Below, one piece after another: positions 36,102 through 50,552 of a stretch of 64,000 bases of DNA; position 1 is the first letter of the stretch, and the number at the start of each line of letters is the position of its first letter. The position numbers and the translations under genes are program-made. Under the pieces are notes generated by a model. It did not search any database and had not been told where the DNA came from. It saw only the letters and a program-made list of their open reading frames with translations. This DNA is from Octopus sinensis (Eukaryota), in contig NC_043005.1 in the NCBI RefSeq assembly GCF_006345805.1, positions 10,664,001 through 10,728,000 on the forward strand, in the 5' to 3' direction.

Positions 36102-39100
36102 TATAAATAGATAAATGGTTGATAAACAGATAGATACTGTTTTTGCTTTCTTTTTTCATATATATATCTCTAAAGTGCTCAATGCACGTTCACAGGAGTC
36201 TCATATATGTTTAATTCCTGTTGATATATCCATACTCTGGTTTCATTTTGGTCTCCAGAAGTTTGGACATGGCAGTGTTTAGCAAAATTTTGTTTTGCAG
36301 TTGTTGAAGCTTTCACAAATCACATTAGTACTTTAGAATGATATTAGAGCTTCACGATACAATCACATTAAAACATTCCAATATTTGATTTACTTCCTCT
36401 GTCAATAGCTATAATTGTTAAGTGTTTCGTAAATCACTTTCTTAAAACAATGTTTATGCTTCTGGAAACTTAGAAATCTAACTTTATTCGGTATGCTGTT
36501 TTCTTGTGTAATAGTTCATTTACTGTATGAATCTTAAGTACGAACTTGATAAGAATTATCTAAACACAGTTTCTATCTATCCTTATTGTAGTAATGCTGT
36601 CAGTAAATAGAATACCTTAGTTGCTCAGAAACTTGAAAATGATAAGCTTTTTAGCTTAAAGTAACTAGAACTTTGGTTCCTTAGAGAAGGGGTTCTTTTT
36701 TTTTTTTTATTTATTTTTTCTATTACAAATGATATATCTAATCCAAAATGTGTGAAAGAGATCCAGAAACTCAATATTCTGAATACTTTAGTTGCAGTGG
36801 AAACTTAGGTATTTTTTTTCTTTTCTGATTTTTACTGGCTTATCTTTGTTTAATTTCTAATATACGACTTCCAAAGATTGGCATAACAATGCTTTTTGAA
36901 AAAATTGTGCAGTGTGGTTGTTTTATCCTTTGAAATATATATTTCCAAAGATTGTATAATTGTATCACTTGGTATTACTTTCAAACAATCTAACATTTTA
37001 TCTGTTGCAAGTATGTTTTAATGCCGAGTGAAAAAGTATTTTTTAACCTAGAAAATTTTTAGTCCTTTATATTTACAGTTTTTTCAAGAGACAATACAAT
37101 AGTTGTAACATTGGTCATATGATCACTTTAGTTTTTTTTTTTTTTTTTATTTTTTAAAGAAAAACTATGGCTGGGGTATTGATCTTGTGTTCATTAGTTC
37201 AAATCAATGCCATGTGCTTGTGGGTAAGATGCATTACTATTTTTGCCATAGTTAGCCTATTTGACCAACAAGTTCTACTTGGTCATGATTTAATGGTTAA
37301 AGTTAGTCCGTGTAACCTAGCCATTTGTAGAAAAAATTGCCCCAGCAACATGCTAATGACTAAAATTGCCATTCATAAAAGACATGCTGAACACAATCAT
37401 ATCAGGATAAAAGGGATGAGAGGAAAAGTTTTGGATTTTGAGGAAGGTTCATAGTTACCATTTCAATGCTGAAAGTTTCACTGTAGATTTAGAAGGCTGC
37501 TCACCTCATTAATAAATATCTATTAACGTCCCAAAGTTTCAGTATTTTATATATATTTTTTATTTGGGATTTCCTAATTCTTATGTTAAGATTACTAGGA
37601 AGTTTAAGAAGTTAAGTTGAAGGATTATGAAAATTAGTTATAGTGTAATTTTTTAAAAATATTTTATTTTCATTTAGTTTTATAGATTCGAGCAAATTTA
37701 AAACTGTTAATAATTATATATATTGTGGAAGAGCCATGATAGTCAAGCTAATTTATATAGTTATGTTCACTTTTGTTTTCTTTCTGATCATATTATATAC
37801 TATAATGTCATCAAGTTTTCTTGTACATTTATGGCCTGGTTACTGGCACAACACAGAACGTGTTTTATCTTCTGTGATTTGTGTATTTAGGATTTCTTTG
37901 ACCAGCATCCTTAAATCATGATCTCCCCAATCTGTTGTGTTTTTCTACTGAAATTCCACTTTATCAAACAAGTAATTAAAAGATTTCTCTAATTATGAAC
38001 ACTTCAATCAGAGTGGTTTGTGGATGTATTTGTAACATAAGACAGTGAGAGTTATAATTGAAGCAGTTGAATTCAGCTAATTCAGTAATTAAGCAAAAAA
38101 ATGGGGTTGAATATTTTGTTAGATTATACTTTCTCTTCAGTTTCCTATTTTGTCTTCCATTTATATCTAATTATTTCTATTCAAACTATTAAATTAAATA
38201 TATATTTTAAATTTAAAAATAGATTAGAACAAAAATAACAGCCAATCAAATATTATAATTTAAGATATTTCAGTTATAATAATGTATTATTGAATGTTAT
38301 CTGTTATCAAGTTGCTGTTGCATTATATGGTACAAATGAATCAATGCTGAGCTGTATGTAAGGTTGTGTTATCGACTTGTGTAGGTTGTTGATGTTCTAT
38401 GTGTTATAGTGGACTATTCCTATGCACATATGTATACTTACTGCAACTATCTTTCTGGAAATGAACGGCTCAGAAGGAGTGTAAGTGAAAATTGTTTCTT
38501 AACATTATTCACTTTTTAGCTTTGTCATATTTTCTTTAGTATTTGGCCCACATTGGGATCGTTTATTTAAGTACATAATATTTTTGCTATTGATGTCTCT
38601 CTCTCACCACAACTCCCTTTCTTTCTCACACACTATTTTTAACATTCTCTCGTTTGCACAATATTTTTACAAGTACAAGAGAACTTCAATGGAAAAAGAA
38701 TAGTCCTATCAAGTTCTTTTCAAAAGATCTTGTCAACTGTATATCAGATACAATAACTGACACTCCACATATGTTGTATGGCATTTTTCATCTCTAAGTC
38801 TTTCAAAATTTAAAAAAACATATTAGCAAATGTTTACCTTTTAGTTTTTAATCTCAGATCATTAAAAATAAACCAAACATAAAAAAAAACTAACTATTTT
38901 TCTTTAACATATTGTCAGAAGCTCCTATGGAGCTGCTAAGAAACTGGATTTTTCTCATTGAATGAAATTGTTGCACTAATTTGATCCTAAAAATATCATT
39001 TATAAATAAACAAAAATAAAAATCAATAGAAATAATTGCTTTTATTATTTCTGTCCTACATGATTAGATGGTATGAAAGAAGCAGTAAATTCAGTTGATA

Positions 39101-39939
39101 GAATATCAAACCAAAATTAAATTGTTAACTAGAATAGCTTCACTTTGCAACTTGGCATCTGCATTCCCAAATTTTGCCCAATTCTCTACTACTTTGAAGA
39201 CACTATTTTTAAGGAAGAAATCACAGTTATCTTCTGATTGTTTGACGGCATATCTTCCAAAGATAGGTTTATGCCCTTATTTTGATCAAGACATTTTAAC
39301 ATCTTAGCTTTTAAACCAGCCATCTCTTGTCCAAACATTCAACTTGTTTTATATTCAAACCGACTAGATCTGGCTTTTACACACCTGCCGTACGATGTCA
39401 TTCTAAAAATAAACAATCACATCATTGAAATCTCAAAGCGTTGAGATTATGCATGATTAATTTGAAACAAGGTGGATTGATAAGTATTACATTTGACAGA
39501 ATAATCTAAAGGGCTAATAGAAGACATGGCATTGTTACATTATGATACTTTTAGCTTTAGGAAATTTGGCTCTGTACATGCCAAGTTTCAGTGAAACTAT
39601 TCTCAATTAGCCACTGAATCTTGGGTCTTTAATTCTAATAGTAAAATTCACTACTTTTTCAATACTATCCCATCACATAGGATAGAAATAATAAAAGCAA
39701 TTATTTCATTTTTTTTTTTGTTTATTTAATTTTTTTTTTATTTGTGTGTGGTCATATTTCTAGGATTAAAATAATGCCACACCTTATTCAATTTGAAAAT
39801 CTAGTTCTCTGCAACTTGATGCTCATTTTAGCAATATACTAGACAAAAAAAAAAAAAAAAAAAAATTAACGTTCAATTCATTTTTAGTAATCTATGATAA
39901 AAAAAGTAAATGGTAAATATTTGTCCTCTGTTCTTTTAA

Positions 39940-40159
39940 CCCTTTCGTTACCAACCCGGCTGAAACCGGCTCTGGCTCTGAGTTCAAATGTCTTGTTTTC
40001 AAAAGTTTTGAATTAAAATCTTCCACCAAACCTTAGTCACAATTTATGTTCCTAACACTAGCTTAATGATAACCAAATAATTTTACTAAATTGTTTGTTA
40101 TATTTAAAGTAATTGAAAGAAACACAGATCATCTCAAAATAAATACAGTAACAAAAGGG
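39940..40159. mobile_element. piggyBac-type MITE (~220 bp)
   Basis: TTAA TSD; TIR CCCTTTCGTTAC / GTAACAAAAGGG. Confidence 0.9.
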
Positions 40160-40849
40160 TTAACTAGTTTGAAAGATACAGTGAAGGAAGAATGCCATAC
40201 AAATCTTATAATTAACAGGGTATGTGGTGTGCCTGTCATCATATCTGATATACAGTTGACAGATCTTTTAAAGAGGAACTAGAGATTTCTTTTTTTTTTT
40301 TTTTTCCAGTTGATGTTTTATATTTGTAAAAATATTCTGTGTAAGGAAGGCTGTTAAGAAAAGGTGTATGAGAGGTGTAGTGGGGGTGAGAGACATCAGG
40401 AACAAAAATACTCCTGTGATGGACTCCCTTATCAGTTTCGATGTATGAGTGAACAGCTGTTGATCAACTGGATGAACTACTCATTGATTCAACATGCAAG
40501 GTGGATGAGTATTCCATGGACACATTTACCCTTAACATAATTCTAGTGTGAACTTTTGAATTGCAAACACCATCCTTCCACTGGTTACTGTACAATTTCC
40601 TCTTCCCAATTTCACTCACAGACTTTTTAGCCCACGTAAGGCTTTGGTAAAGACATTTGCCTAAGATGCCACGCAGAATTGAACTCAGAACCTCGTGAAG
40701 TGAATCCTTTGATTACTCAGGAGTGTGCATTTAACTCGTGATAGACACACATTTAGTGTACCTGGGCTTCTTGTTTATTTGAACACAGGTAATTTTTTCC
40801 AAAGAGAAGGATTGAGCACAGATGATCTGAGTAGTGGTCTGGGGTGTAC

Positions 40850-40898
<49 letters not shown>

Positions 40899-41231
40899 AC
40901 ACACACACACACACACACACACTCTCTCTCTCTCATACATATGTAGATACAGTGATTTTGTATAATAGTAGAGCTCATAAGCAGCAAGACATACCTATAA
41001 TCTATTCATTAAAACGTGAGAGAGAGAGAGGGAGGGTGAGAAAAAGAGAGAGAGGCGGGGAGAGCTTTAGTCTATTAGCCTCTGTATGAAAGTCTGTTAG
41101 AAATGTAAGAAAATGTAGATCTTACATAAGGAATACTTTTATGTAAATATTTGACTGAGAAAGACTGGCAGGTGTGTTGCAATTAAATGTCAGGTAAACC
41201 TAGAGAAAGGTAGTAGTTGTAGTAGTGGTTA

Positions 41232-41636
41232 CCTTTTATCTTTTACTTGTTACAGTCATTAGACTGTGGCCATGCTGGGACACGGCCTTGAATTTTTAGT
41301 TGAATGAATCAACCCCAGGACTTATTTTTTAAGCCTGGTACTTATTCTATCAGTCTCTTTTGCTGAACTGCTAAGTTACAGGGATGTAAACATACCAACA
41401 CCAGTTGTCAGGCGGTGAAGGAGGGACAAACACAGACTCAAAGACACACACATATAGATATATATATATATATATACGATGTGTTACTTTCAGTTTCTGC
41501 CTACAAAATTCACTCACAAGGCTTTGGTTGGCTCGAGGCTATAGTAGAAGACACTTACCCGAGGTGCCATGCAGTGGGACTGAACCCAGAACCATGTGGT
41601 TGGGAAGCAAGCTTCTTACCACGCAGCCACTCCTAC
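41232..41636 (-). mobile_element. SINE family B, older copy
   Basis: Diverged but colinear with family B. Confidence 0.85.
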
Positions 41637-41644
41637 ATGACAAA

Positions 41645-41870
41645 TATTTATTTCTGTATTGCCCACAAGGGGCTAAACATAGAGGGGACAAACAAGAGAT
41701 TAAGTCGATTACATTGACCCCAGTACATAACTAGTACTTATTTAATTGACCCTGAAAGGATGATAGGCTAAGTCAACCTCGGCGGAATATGAACACAGAA
41801 CATAGCAGCAGACGAAATACTGTTAAGCATTTCACCCAGTGTGCTAACAATTCTGCCAGCTCACCACCCT
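41645..41870 (-). mobile_element. SINE family E
   Basis: Reverse complement of the 23055 unit plus a tRNA-like head. Confidence 0.75.
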
Positions 41871-42238
41871 AACAAATATCTGTTTACATTAAAGTTAATG
41901 GTGGGGTGAAGGTTAGGATGGTTATTGTTGTGACAATGATCATGGCATGGCATAATCTGATGGTAGTTTATTTTTATTACTTTCTTTCCTTTGATTTTAT
42001 CTGCAAAAGTGTTGTTTCCTTCTGTTACACTTATTTAGCTTTGTCCTTCAGTTTCTCTTCTATTCTTGGCTAATGAGAAGGAAGAAATGTCTCAGGTGAA
42101 ACCGGTATGTTCTCGCTTGCTTAAAGTCTGTTGAATGTCTTGCAGCAGGAATTTTTATTAAAAGGATTTGTACAGATAGTCTTTTTTTGACTGGTTCAGT
42201 GATTTAACTCTGGCCATACTGGTTGGTCTACCATCTTT

Positions 42239-42399
42239 AAGAAATTCAGAGAATTAATATCAGTCTGAGGACCCTGTTTGGTACTGAATTGGTAAAGAAA
42301 TTTAGAGAATTAATATCAGTCTGAGGACCCTGTTTGGTACTGAATTGGTAAAGAAATTTAGAGAATTAATATCAGTCTGAGGACCCTGTTTGGTACTGA
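42239..42399. repeat. 56-bp tandem repeat, 2.9 copies
   Basis: Unit AAGAAATTTAGAGAATTAATATCAGTCTGAGGACCCTGTTTGGTACTGAATTGGTA; starts at 42239, 42295 and 42351; one mismatch. Confidence 0.95.
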
Positions 42400-42586
42400 G
42401 TTTACCTGTCTGTTTCCTCAATTGCTGACCCCATTTCATGATCGAATAACAGACAGAAATTGTGCAAATAAATACTCATAACTGAATAAAAGGTGGGTCT
42501 TTCTTTAATGCATCTAAATTTCACCTTTCATCTCCTCAAGCAGTAATGATATAATCTGTTCCACATGGAGTACTTTTTCTTGTTGT

Positions 42587-42821
42587 GGAGGCGCAATGGC
42601 CCAGTGGTTAGGGCAGCGGACTCGCGGTCGTAGGATCGCGGTTTCGATTCCCAGACCGGGCGTTGTGAGTGTTTATTGAGCGAAAACACCTAAAAGCTCC
42701 ACGAGACTCCGGCAGGGGGTGGTGATCCCTGCTGTACTCTTTCACCACAACTTTCTCTCACTCTTACTTCCTGTTTCTGTTGTACCTATATTTCAAAGGG
42801 CCGGCCTTGTCACTCTCTGTG
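42587..42821 (+). mobile_element. SINE family A, 3'-truncated
   Basis: Near-identical to the first ~240 nt of the 6300 copy, then stops abruptly. Confidence 0.9.
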
Positions 42822-44340
42822 GCACAGAAGCTATTTTAGTATTAAATTCATCTTACAAATCGAAATCACATAAATTTTATTGTTTCACAAATTATTATCA
42901 ATTAGTAAAGTCGTTAAAAATATAAAGTCATTGAAAGCTGTATGATAAACTGCAATGATGCCAAAAGGTCCTTGATGAGTAGAACTAAGTTAGTAACAAA
43001 ATCAACTAGTTAAAATCATCAGTCAGAAAAGTCCACTATTTACTCAACTGTCACACAGGTTAGAATGGCATTGTAGAAAAGGGAATTGAAGTTTAAAGGA
43101 CGAGGGGACAAATAAATAATTTTCTATCTGTTTTCTACACTGACCTGTGTTCAGTGGTTTGACAGGGTCTGACGAACTTTGCATATGAAATCATTGTTTA
43201 GCTACAGGTCAGCCCTTATCAGTGCCTTTTTGGTACTGACCATCTCCTCTTTTATTTCAGGTACAGCATATCTGGCTCTACCTTGTCCAATCTGTCCTTT
43301 CTTCTTTTAAATGGTAGTCTCTACTTTGGGAAAGATTTGAGATTTCATTGCTTTCTTTCTAGCAAGTTGAGCTCCTCTGTACAGGTTCCCTTATTGAATC
43401 CTGGTAGCATAGAGTTTTATGTTGTGCTGAAATATGCTATCAAATGCTATTGAATCACATATTTAGAAGTAAAACAACTGTCTATATTTTACACTTGTTA
43501 TGGCGAACATATTTATTAGATCAAGTGATCATGTACAGGCTTCCTTAATGGCTTGTGCTATATTGAAAATGTGGAAATTTATGTACATTAAGACCAGGCT
43601 AGCATAAGAAGCCTGTGAGAATGACAATGAACATCTCACTTCTATTAAATACACTCAAACAGCTCATTATGAGAATAACTATACTTCTTTTGAAGTGTTA
43701 GAAAGCAGCTTTTGGTTGTTCTGTGTCCCCTTCTTAGCAAGTGACATGGAAATAATGATTTTGTATTGGTAACATTCTATGGGGTTCTTTTTATTTGTTG
43801 GATAAGAATGAGTTTTGTTTTCCTAATCTTTCCATTTGTTTTACAATTGTTTTTTCCATTCGTGTATTGGTTAGACAGAAATATTATTGAAACAGTTTTT
43901 TTTATAGGCAGGTGCCCTTCCTGTCATTACCCCCACCAATTTTTTTTTTTTTTTGCAAGTCAGTTATATTTTAACTCTATACATCTTTGAAATTACAAAA
44001 TCAGTGGACAACCCACATGCAAGGGGAATGACAACAAAGTCACTGGGTGTAGCTGAGCCAATTTTCAAACAAATGCAAATGTAAACACTCATAAGGCTTT
44101 GGTCAGCTCATGGTTAGAGTAGAAAATACGCCAAAGGTGCTCAGCAGTGGGCCTGAACCCATGTGGTTGGGAAATGAACTTTTTCATCACACAGCTATGT
44201 TGGAGAATGGGTCTATCTAATAAATTTCTGATGAAGCTACTCCTACAATCAAGGATGTTCCAGTTATAGCCATCCTTCGTTTTTTTCGGGTATACTGTGA
44301 AATGATTATTTATTCATTTCAAAATAAAAATAACTAAAAA

Positions 44341-44500
44341 GGCGCAGGAGTGGCTCTGTGGTAAGTAGCTTGCTAACCAACCACATGGTTCCGGGTTCAG
44401 TCTCACTGCGTGGCATCTTGGGCAAGTGTCTTCTGCTATAGCCCCGGGCCGACCAATGCCTTGTGAGTGGATTTGGTAGATGGAAACTGAAAGAAGCCTG

Positions 44501-44542
<42 letters not shown>

Positions 44543-44770
44543 TTGTGTGTCTGTGTTTGTTCCCCTAGCATTGCTTGACAACCGATGCTGGTGTGTTTAC
44601 GTCCCCGTCACTTAGCGGTTCGGCAAAAGAGGCCGATAGAATAAGTACTGGGCTTACAAAAAGAATAAGTCCCGGGGTCGATTTGCTCGACTAAAGGCGG
44701 TGCTCCAGCATGGCCGCAGTCAAATGACTGAAACAATTAAAAAAGAGTAAAAAAAAAAAGAGAAAAAGAG
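44341..44770 (+). mobile_element. SINE family B, full length, young
   Basis: Colinear with the 27223, 52132 and 56055 copies. Confidence 0.92.
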
Positions 44771-44949
44771 TATGTAATGAGCCTTCATACTGTTTGTAAC
44801 AGAATGAGTTGTGACCATGGAGGAAGGAATTTCTGTACAGCTTGTAGCATTTTCTGCATGCACAACATGTAATACATGTCTAAAATACAGAAACGAATGC
44901 AAATAACAAATGCAATATCTATACTGTACAAGGTACACTGAACATTGCT

Positions 44950-45183
44950 TACTCTCTTTTACTTGTTTCAGTCATTTGACTGCGGCCATGCTGGAGCACC
45001 GCCTTTAATCGAGCAACTCGACCCCAGGACTTATTCTTTGTAAGCCCAGTACTTATTCTATCGGTCTCTTTTGCCGAACTGCTAAGTGACGAGGACATAA
45101 ACACACCAGCATCGGTTGTCAAGCAATGCTAGGGGGACAAACACAACATACACGCACACATATATATATATATAATATATATA

Positions 45184-45233
<50 letters not shown>

Positions 45234-45360
45234 GGCTTCTTTCAGTTTCCGTCTACCAAATCCACTCACAAGGCATTGGTCGGCCCGAGGCTATAGTAGA
45301 AGACACTTGCCCAAGGTGCCACGCAGTGGGACCGAACCCGGAACCATAGCTTGTTAGCAA
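44950..45360 (-). mobile_element. SINE family B, 5'-clipped, inverted relative to 44341-44770
   Basis: Reverse complement of family B; lacks the first ~30 nt of the head. Confidence 0.92.
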
Positions 45361-47034
45361 TGTAACAGGCATTGGTCTCCCTCCCCATGACCCAATGGTA
45401 CATCCAGGATGTCATAGTCAGAGGAAGAGAGACTTGCACCAGTACTTGGTAGGTATTCATTTGCAACTGAGTAGATTGGAGCATTACGAAATGATATGCC
45501 TTGCACAAGGGCATGATGTACTGCCTGGTCTAGCAATTGAACCCTCAAACTTTTGATCATATATTAAATGCCTTAACCACTAGGCCATGCACTTTCACAA
45601 TTTTATTTTATGAGAGCCTGCTGGAAAGAAGGTGCATGCATGCTATATGTACTCCACTTAAATTGTAAGGTTTGATTGCTCTAGTTTAAAGTTCTAGGAG
45701 TTGTTTCATTATTCAAGGAGGTAGAATTGTGCAAAGTGTGAAGCTTGTGTTTCTGTGATCAGAGGAAGAGGACAGGGAAGGGAATCATAGAGGGTGGTAG
45801 CTCTCATAGGAAATTATTCATGCAATGCTTGACTTCCTATTAAAGTAGAGAGACTTGAGACAACTGTTGAACTGCAGTGAGAGAGAGAGAAGGTGGTGGT
45901 GGTGGGGTGCAATAAGTAGGTTCTAGAGAAAGCAGGGGTCAGACACTGTAAATTCTTAAGAACTGATTTGATTGTGATCGAGGTTGAATAGTTGAGGTTG
46001 AATATTGTGAATTGTCGAAGCTACTTATATTTGAACTGATAGAATTTAAGATAGAATTGATGCGGAGGGATAGAGAACTGTGTTATCTACGTAGGAATTC
46101 TTCTATCATTTTACTAGTTTCACTTGTTGGGCTGCAGCTGTGTTGTGCAACTGTCTTCAGGGTTTTAGTCGTAGGGTTAGGAACCCTTCACTTGTAGGTG
46201 ATATTTTACCTATATGCAAATTTGAAACTACAATTTGGTGAAAATGGTAACAATAAAATAAAAAAAAATAAACAAAAACATCGTTTACTCTTTAAAAAAG
46301 ATTAGTTTTATATAAGTCACATATTTAGGAATTATTTTTTTTTCTCAGTATAGATGCACCCTAAAAGATTCTTATTCGCTTGCGGTTCAGCTTTAGTAGT
46401 ATAATGGTTCCACCACACCACACCCCAGCCTTGATTTAATGGATTGTTTGATCCTGGTACTGTCTTGTATTTATATTATTTACCTCAGAAACAAGAAAAG
46501 TAGGATTTGAACTCGGAATGTTAAAGGATGTAACTAAATAACACAAAGTCTTTACCTGGCACCTCTACTTATTCTGCCCGTTCACAGTGTATAATACTGT
46601 CTATTCTACTGATTTTCTCTATGGGCAAGGTTATTGGTGATTAATAGAAGGTCATTGATGAAAAGAATTGAGGAGATGACATCTGTTTGGGGACCACCAA
46701 ATAGATAGAATGAAGGGAATTGTGATGAATACTGTCTGAAGAAGCCTCACATACACACTAGTTTTCCTACTACATTTTACATTATTATTTCACTTCAAAT
46801 ATTGATTTCTCTCAGACACAGTGATTCAGATTTATCACACACCTACACGCATATACGTACAAGAATTACGTTGTTATGACATTCATACCTCTCTCAAGAA
46901 CAATGAGATGATATGTTTTAAAATCTTATTCCCTATCAATTTTAAGCTACATAGCAAGATAACACCCAAATAGCCTAGTCAAAGAACTTTGCGTTGGTCA
47001 CTGTTTCCATCTCTTCTTTTAGAATGAATGGATA

Positions 47035-47066
<32 letters not shown>

Positions 47067-47663
47067 CATTATTATAAATAATAATAATAATAATCTTAAA
47101 ATGCAAATAGATTAATGTTGACTAACTCCCTGCTAGCCCTAACTGAAGAGTCCCTACTTCAGCCATGGATATGTTTTTCTCTTTCCCTTTTTTTCCCCCT
47201 TTTTTTAGATACAATATATAGAACTTCATTATATCCAAAGAGTCTTTCCTATGATGCTTTAAAAGAATATATTTTTTTTTGTTTTAAATCGGTGAAGTAT
47301 GATTTAAGAGATATTTGGTTACTACTTCTAGCATGTTAAGAAATCATGTAGAGAATACCCCATTGGAATGTAAATAAATTTTTGCTAAGGTGTCAGTCAT
47401 TGGATTATTCTAGGGTGGAAGGGAAGGAATTGTCGACATGAATGTTTATTGAGATATTCTGCTGCCGTCAATAACAGGTGATAAAATGTAGTTGTTTGAG
47501 AATGGTCATTGTGAGACGAGGTGGTGGTGGCCGTGGCAGGCAAGATGGAAGGGGTATTAATTTGAGCATAATGCTTTAATTAACATTTAGCCTTTTATTA
47601 TTTTTTACTTTAAAGTAAATAGTGTATTGAAAGATGATCAATACACGAAAGAAATTATATTTC

Positions 47664-47702
<39 letters not shown>

Positions 47703-47783
47703 ATTCGTGCAGTGAGTGAGTATGTATGTGTGTGTGTGTGTACGTAGCAAGATATTAGTATAAAATCTATCGAAAGCAGCCAT

Positions 47784-47816
<33 letters not shown>

Positions 47817-48102
47817 TATAAAGAGTTTCACTGGCAGTTGTTAACATTGTTTCATGTCCTGAAGCACATTCTCCTGATATCTCTTAAGAATATATTAAGC
47901 CTGTACAACCACATAGTAACTGCTATGCAAATATGTTTACACACACACACACACACACACCACACACACACACACACAGTGAGAGATCTTTCTATGATAT
48001 ATATATATGTAAAATTGATATGCATACAACTGCAGTTTAAATATTGTAAAATGAATACTATTGTTTTTGTTATAGTAAATTAGTAAATGCTATGTGAATA
48101 CG

Positions 48103-48152
<50 letters not shown>

Positions 48153-48263
48153 CTCATATATGTGTGTATATATACATGTAGAGGTAGGTACGTACATATA
48201 TGTTTATATATATGCATATGTTTTATTTTATTTATTAATATATATATATATATAGAGAGAGAT

Positions 48264-48298
<35 letters not shown>

Positions 48299-49072
48299 TA
48301 TATATACACACATACATACACACATATGAAAGAGAGATGCATGATAATGGCGATATGAAATTGTTTCACACACACACACACTCACCTCTTGAAGATAATA
48401 AAATAAATATTATCATTATTATATTCACTCCAGTTGATCTTTTTATTGTTACTAGAATCATTTAGTTTTGGTATGGTTTGGTATGGTTTGGTTTGAGAGT
48501 TTATTTCAAGTCTTTATTGCTTCACTACCACGTATTGGCTGCTGTTAAATGGAGCGGTGTTTGGTAAGACATGGGTTAGCAGGGTGGTGGTGGTGGTGGT
48601 GGTGGTGGGGGAAAGGAACGGGGAGAATATTTAAAATATGAAAATATCATCCTACTTTATGGAACATTAGATATATTACAGGTTGCTTTTGCACACAGCC
48701 AAGTTTTCCACTGATTGGTCACACCATTAAAGACAGAAGAATCACATCTTATTTTGTTCTCCCCTCCCCCCTCTTTCTCTCTCTCTCTCTCTCTCTCTCT
48801 TCGTCATTTTTTCTATATTTCTTTTTTCTTCCATTTATTTATTATTAAAATAATTTTCACTTATCTATTCATATTGGTTTAGTCTTCCCGCTACTTTATT
48901 ACAGAGGAAAAAATTACGGCATTTGTAATGATTATTATTATGATGATGATGATGATGATGATGATTATCATCATTATTATTATAAGGCTAATAATAATAA
49001 TATTAAAATGAATGTGCTATGAAGACATGCTACAAAGTTGTGAATGTCATCTTTATTTGACCTCTCTCTCCC

Positions 49073-49520
49073 TGTGTGTGTGCGTGTGTGTATGTATATA
49101 CACATATACATACATATATATTCATACACATACTCGTATATATGAATACGCATACACGTATACATGTATACACATACATGTATATTTGCATACACATGTA
49201 TATATACATACACATATTTATATACACACATACATACATGTGTATGTATGTGTGTGTATATATACATATATATACACACACATATATACATACATGCATA
49301 TATATATATATATATTTATATATATGCATATATACATATATACATACACATATATACATATGCATATATATATATATATATATATAGATATATATATATA
49401 TATATTATATATATATATATAGATATATATACACACACATATATACATACACATATATACATACACATATTTATATACACACATACATACACATACATAC
49501 ATAGATGTGTACACACACAC
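49073..49520. repeat. Compound (TA)/(CA)/(TACA) microsatellite
   Basis: Alternating purine-pyrimidine tract; source of many spurious ORFs. Confidence 0.95.
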
Positions 49521-50214
49521 AGTTTTATATATTCAAACATCCTCTTTTCCTTCTGAGCCAGTTTTTCTTCCCGATCTCCAACCTCTACTATTAATCAGAC
49601 TTGATCTGATTTTTATATCGACCACCTCTACACCACTCCATGTAGACACACAACCCTTAATATTCTACTGTGTGTACGAGAGAGAGATATAATGGTTTGT
49701 AAATATGATGATTAATGGTTATATTGGGCCATTATCAACTTTCTCTTTGTTATGATTTATGTTTTTTGGAAATTAGTGTTAGGCGAGATGAAGAACATTT
49801 GCATTATTCCATTCTGCTTTGCATATACATATACATACATATGTACATACATACATACATACATACATACATACATACATACTAGTCCTATGGAACTAGA
49901 AAGGGGAGTTAAGTGCTATTGTGGGTTTTAATATCCTGTTTCCTGGTGGAAACAATACCAGCAAATAGAAGATTTATCATATATTATTAATGTGACATTT
50001 AAGCTATTTAGTTTTAGGCAAGAATTATAATGGACAGTGGATGGAAATTAATTTTCTAAAACTGTAAATTTTTAGTTTAGTTTTCAACTTGAGGGTCTTG
50101 GTTAGAGAGTTCTTACACAAAACCTACTACAGAAATTCAGTATTGATTTTTTCTATGTTGAGTGAAGAAGTTAAGTTACTATGGTGACAGTTTGGATAGA
50201 GAGAGAGAGAAAGA

Positions 50215-50249
<35 letters not shown>

Positions 50250-50512
50250 CTGGATGGGTGGTTGTAGCTTATTTGGAATACATGTGTGTGAAGATTGAGT
50301 ATTGGATATGGAGGCAATGAAGAGAGAAGTGGCAAGGAAGAATAAAAGAAGAGCATTACTAATAAAGAGCTTCCACAGATAGTAGTTATAATAAAGCTTT
50401 CCAATATTGGTCGTTGTGTGTGCTAGCTATCAATGCAGTAAGCTCCACATACTTGGAAAGAGGGTGGCGGAGGGGAGGAGGAACCACTATGTGCTTCTTC
50501 ATCTTCATTGCT

Positions 50513-50552
<40 letters not shown>

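Noticed and set aside
42239-42399. CRISPR-like repeat array
   Set aside because: Units are contiguous with no unique spacers, there are no cas genes, and the context is eukaryotic.
48980-49556. Many overlapping 74-136 aa ORFs ([12 protein letters not shown]), also at 2942, 15919, 17077, 40731, 48080 and 56856
   Set aside because: Translations of dinucleotide microsatellites, which lack stop codons in several frames.
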